From the NCBI RefSeq assembly GCF_004010195.1, contig NC_057754.1, positions 1,942,306 through 2,006,305 of the forward strand: DNA of 64,000 bases. The letters are read 5' to 3'. Position 1 is the first letter of the stretch; every line of letters starts with the position of its first letter. The translations under genes were made by a program, and so were the position numbers. The DNA is from Chiloscyllium plagiosum. Lineage: Eukaryota. Below are positions 60,952-64,000 of the stretch, piece by piece. The notes under the pieces are model-generated. The model was not told the origin of the DNA. It ran no database searches and saw only the letters and a program-made list of their open reading frames with translations.

Positions 60952-61075
60952 GGGGAAAGTGAGGACTGCAGGTGCTGGAGATCAGAGTCAAGATTAGAGT
61001 GGTGCTGGAAAAGCACAGCAGGTCAGGCAGCATCCGAATGAGCTTGATGAAGGGCTCCTACCCGAAACAGCGATC
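60952..61075. mobile_element. PLE 3'-end insertion (family A) with an inverted HHR stub
   Basis: The minus arm (60952-61037) is followed by plus 'tTGATGA-AGGG-CTCCTA-CCC-GAAACAGC'. Confidence 0.7.
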
Positions 61076-62715
61076 TTTCACACATTGCTTCCTATGTTGG
61101 CTGGTGTACATTGCCTCTCTTCTGGCAACATCTTGATTTTGGATTTCTCTGTTCTTATCTTTAAACTGTCACCCTAGCCTTGCTCTGCCTCTGTAACTGG
61201 AGTCTGGAAAATAAAACAAAAAAAATGGATGCTGAGGATCTGAAACAAAAACTGTTGGGAAAACTCACCAAGTCTGTTGGCAGCATCAGTGGAGAGGAAG
61301 CAGATTTAACATTGAGTCCAGTGATCCTTCTGAGGTTCTCCATCAATTTCTGTTTCTGTTCTGGAAAGCTCTACAAGGAAGTTAATTTCATAACTGTTTT
61401 TGAAATGCAGTTGGATGTAGGTATTTGAAGATGAGGAAATTGCAGGATTTGGGACAGACAGCACAGTAGTGTGGATACAGATGGTTGCTCTTTCAGAAAG
61501 CCTAAAAGATCTTTCAGTGACGTATATTTTCTATAATTCTAACCTCTTTCACCCAGAAGCCTCTAAGATCTCTGTCTATCTCCCCACTATTGGAGGCCTA
61601 AATCCCTAAGCTCTAGAATTCACTGTCTAACTTTCCTCCCCTCTCACTTCTTTAGCTTCCTTTAAATTATTATTTAAACCCTACCCTCTTGAACAAACGT
61701 TTGGTCACCGAATATCTCTTACTGTGTCTCAGTGTCAAATTGTATGTAGCGATGCTTCTGTAAATTGATTTCGGATATCTGTCCTATATTGAGACACAGT
61801 ACAAATGCAGGTTGTTATATGGTTAGCCTAATATCCAATTATTTCAAAAATGAGAAAGCTGTAAACAAAGTCCAACGAAGCATACTGTGAATCACCCACT
61901 GCTGTAGTTAACTACTTAGCTTATTAACATTACAATACAGAACTAAGTTAATGGAAGATGAGGACTAAGAAACATCAATGAATGGACAGACATTTCCATT
62001 GCTTATTTTGAGAGTAGGTGGCAATTCTGCTGAGTTCAGTTCCTTTCTGAGGAGCACACAGTGTAATTTAAATAGCCAGCAATTAGCTGCTCACATTATT
62101 TGAGCTGTGTCTGATCCTTTGCTGCTTCATGAGATTTGGCTGAAAGAAGCACAGTCTTCTGTAACTTGGCACCAATTGAGCTCTTGTTTTTTTCTTTCTC
62201 TCAATGCCAGGCTCCCGTCAGGAGCCAAATAAAACAGAACGGCAGCCAAATCTGAGCATTGGGTGTGAAATCCAGCCGAGTGGCTCATTTTGCACATGGT
62301 TTCACTGCATGCTCTTTGTTCTGAAATGCACAATGACCTGGTGAGTGCAGCAGAATTCAGTGCAGCCTGAAGAATTTGGAATTTCTGAATCACATTTGTT
62401 CAGTTCATAACACAGAAACCACTACATTTTCAGCTTCGTTTTCTTGAAATGCTAAGGGTGAATTTATCAAAAGGTTCAGATTACATCAACCCTTATTCAA
62501 TGCTGCATTGTTCATGTCATTTGCCCAGTCTGCCAGACATGCATTGAGCTGTGTGTATGCTTGTCAGTTTCCTTTCCTTTGTAAATTTTACTGCCAATTG
62601 TAGTTAATATCTCCTGATATATCTCATGAAATTCAAAACCAATCCAGTTTTTAAATTTGAAGTTTGAGTGTGCAGGTGAATGCAAGTGGAGAGGGAGTGG
62701 AATCATGGTCACAAA

Positions 62716-63377
62716 GTCATAGAGATATGCAGCACAGAAACAGACCTATTGGTCCAACTTGTCCATGCTGACCAGATGTCCTAAATAAATCTAGTCTTAT
62801 TTGCTCGCATTTGACCCATTTCCCTCTCAACCCTTCCTACTCATATACCCATCCAGATGCCTTTTAAATGTTGTAACTGTACTGACCTCCATCACCTCCT
62901 CTGGCAGCTTATTTTATACATGCATCACCTCCTGCGTAAAAAAAGTTGCCCCTTGGGACCCTTTTAAATCTTTCCCTTTCATTTTAAACCTTTAATTTTG
63001 GACTCCCCTACACTGGGTAAAAGTCCTTGTCTATTTACCCTATCCATGCCCCTCATGATTTTATAAAGCTCTATAAAGTCACCCCTCAGCCTTCAGGGCT
63101 AATAGCCTTAGCCTATTCAGCCTCTCCCTATAGCTCATACCCTCCAACCCTGGCAACATTCTTGTCAATCTGTTCTGAACCCTTGGAAGTTTCACAACAT
63201 CTTTCCTATAACAGGGAGATCAGAATTGCATGCAGAATTGCAATAGTGGCTTAACTAATGCACTGTACAGTCGCAGTATGACCTCCCAGGTTCTTTACTC
63301 CTTGCATTGCCCAGTAAAGGCAAGCATACCAAATGCCTACTTCACTATCCTATCCACCTGCGACTCCATTTTCAAGG
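62716..63377 (-). mobile_element. CR1 (HER1-like) 3' fragment
   Basis: Collinear with 23851-24515 and includes 'LKMESQVDRIVK'. Confidence 0.9.
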
Positions 63378-63759
63378 AGGGATGGTGAGCTGGAGAAGTT
63401 AATTTGAAGGGATAAAGAAGGTAAAGAGAAGTGGGATGAGAGAAATAGGAGTGGTGGTCAAGATGGAATGTCATCCGGGAGAAGCAAGCAAGTGGAGATG
63501 ATGATAGAGGTAGTATAGAGGGCAGGTAGGCAGCAGATAGATAACAGAGGAAGGGAATGCAAACAGACATAATTTAGATCAGTGAGCGAGCCATTGAAGG
63601 AAGTCTGGGATGGCAATAAAATGGAATTATTGTGACGGTTAAAGCAAAGTATGATAGGAAGAGCCTGCAAAGAACCATCTGCAGCTAGTGGGGATGTGGG
63701 GTGTTGAGAGTTAGAGTGAAGTGTGGAAAGTAGATTAAGCAGGAAGGATGAAGCTATTA

Positions 63760-64000
63760 ACATGGAAGGTTTGAGTAATAAAGAAAGGCTGGATAAGCTG
63801 GGATATTTTTCACTGGAGTGTAGGAGGTTGAGATATGATCTTACAGATGTTTATAAAATAATGAGGGGTACAAAAAGTGTTAATGGGAGTAGTCTTTTCC
63901 CTAGGATGGGGGATTCCAAGACTAGGGGTCACATTTTTAAGATGAGTAGAGAGAGATTTTAAAAAGATCTGAGGGGCACATTTTTAACACAGAGGGTGGT
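63760..64000 (+). mobile_element. CR1 fragment running off the window end
   Basis: 'MEGLSNKERLDKLGYFSLECRRLRYDLTDVYKIMRG...SKTRGHIFK'. Confidence 0.9.

Overview
This is eukaryotic, AT-rich, repeat-dense DNA with no recognisable host protein-coding gene, so it is probably intronic or intergenic. The repeat content points to a cartilaginous fish, probably a shark (inference): HE1-type V-SINEs with CR1/HER1-type tails, many CR1 3' fragments, Deu-domain SINE remnants and Penelope-like elements (PLEs). Most ORFs in the track are decayed transposon fragments or chance frames. The window holds PLE fragments (RT/GIY-YIG), a Tx1-type LINE fragment, a decayed hAT (Buster/Charlie-type) transposon, probable solo LTRs and a 3.2-kb GC-rich 51-bp tandem array. 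The most notable signal is about a dozen minimal hammerhead-ribozyme (HHR) cores, CUGANGA-helix II-GAAA-NUH, in four sequence families. Most lie in short (130-440 bp) fold-back insertions of PLE 3' ends flanked by 11-15 bp target-site duplications (TSDs), and the inversion point usually falls on the ribozyme core. One such insertion has captured an inverted copy of neighbouring genomic DNA. The 51-bp array may be the core of an SVA-like composite retroposon. Coordinates were read by eye and are approximate at element edges.
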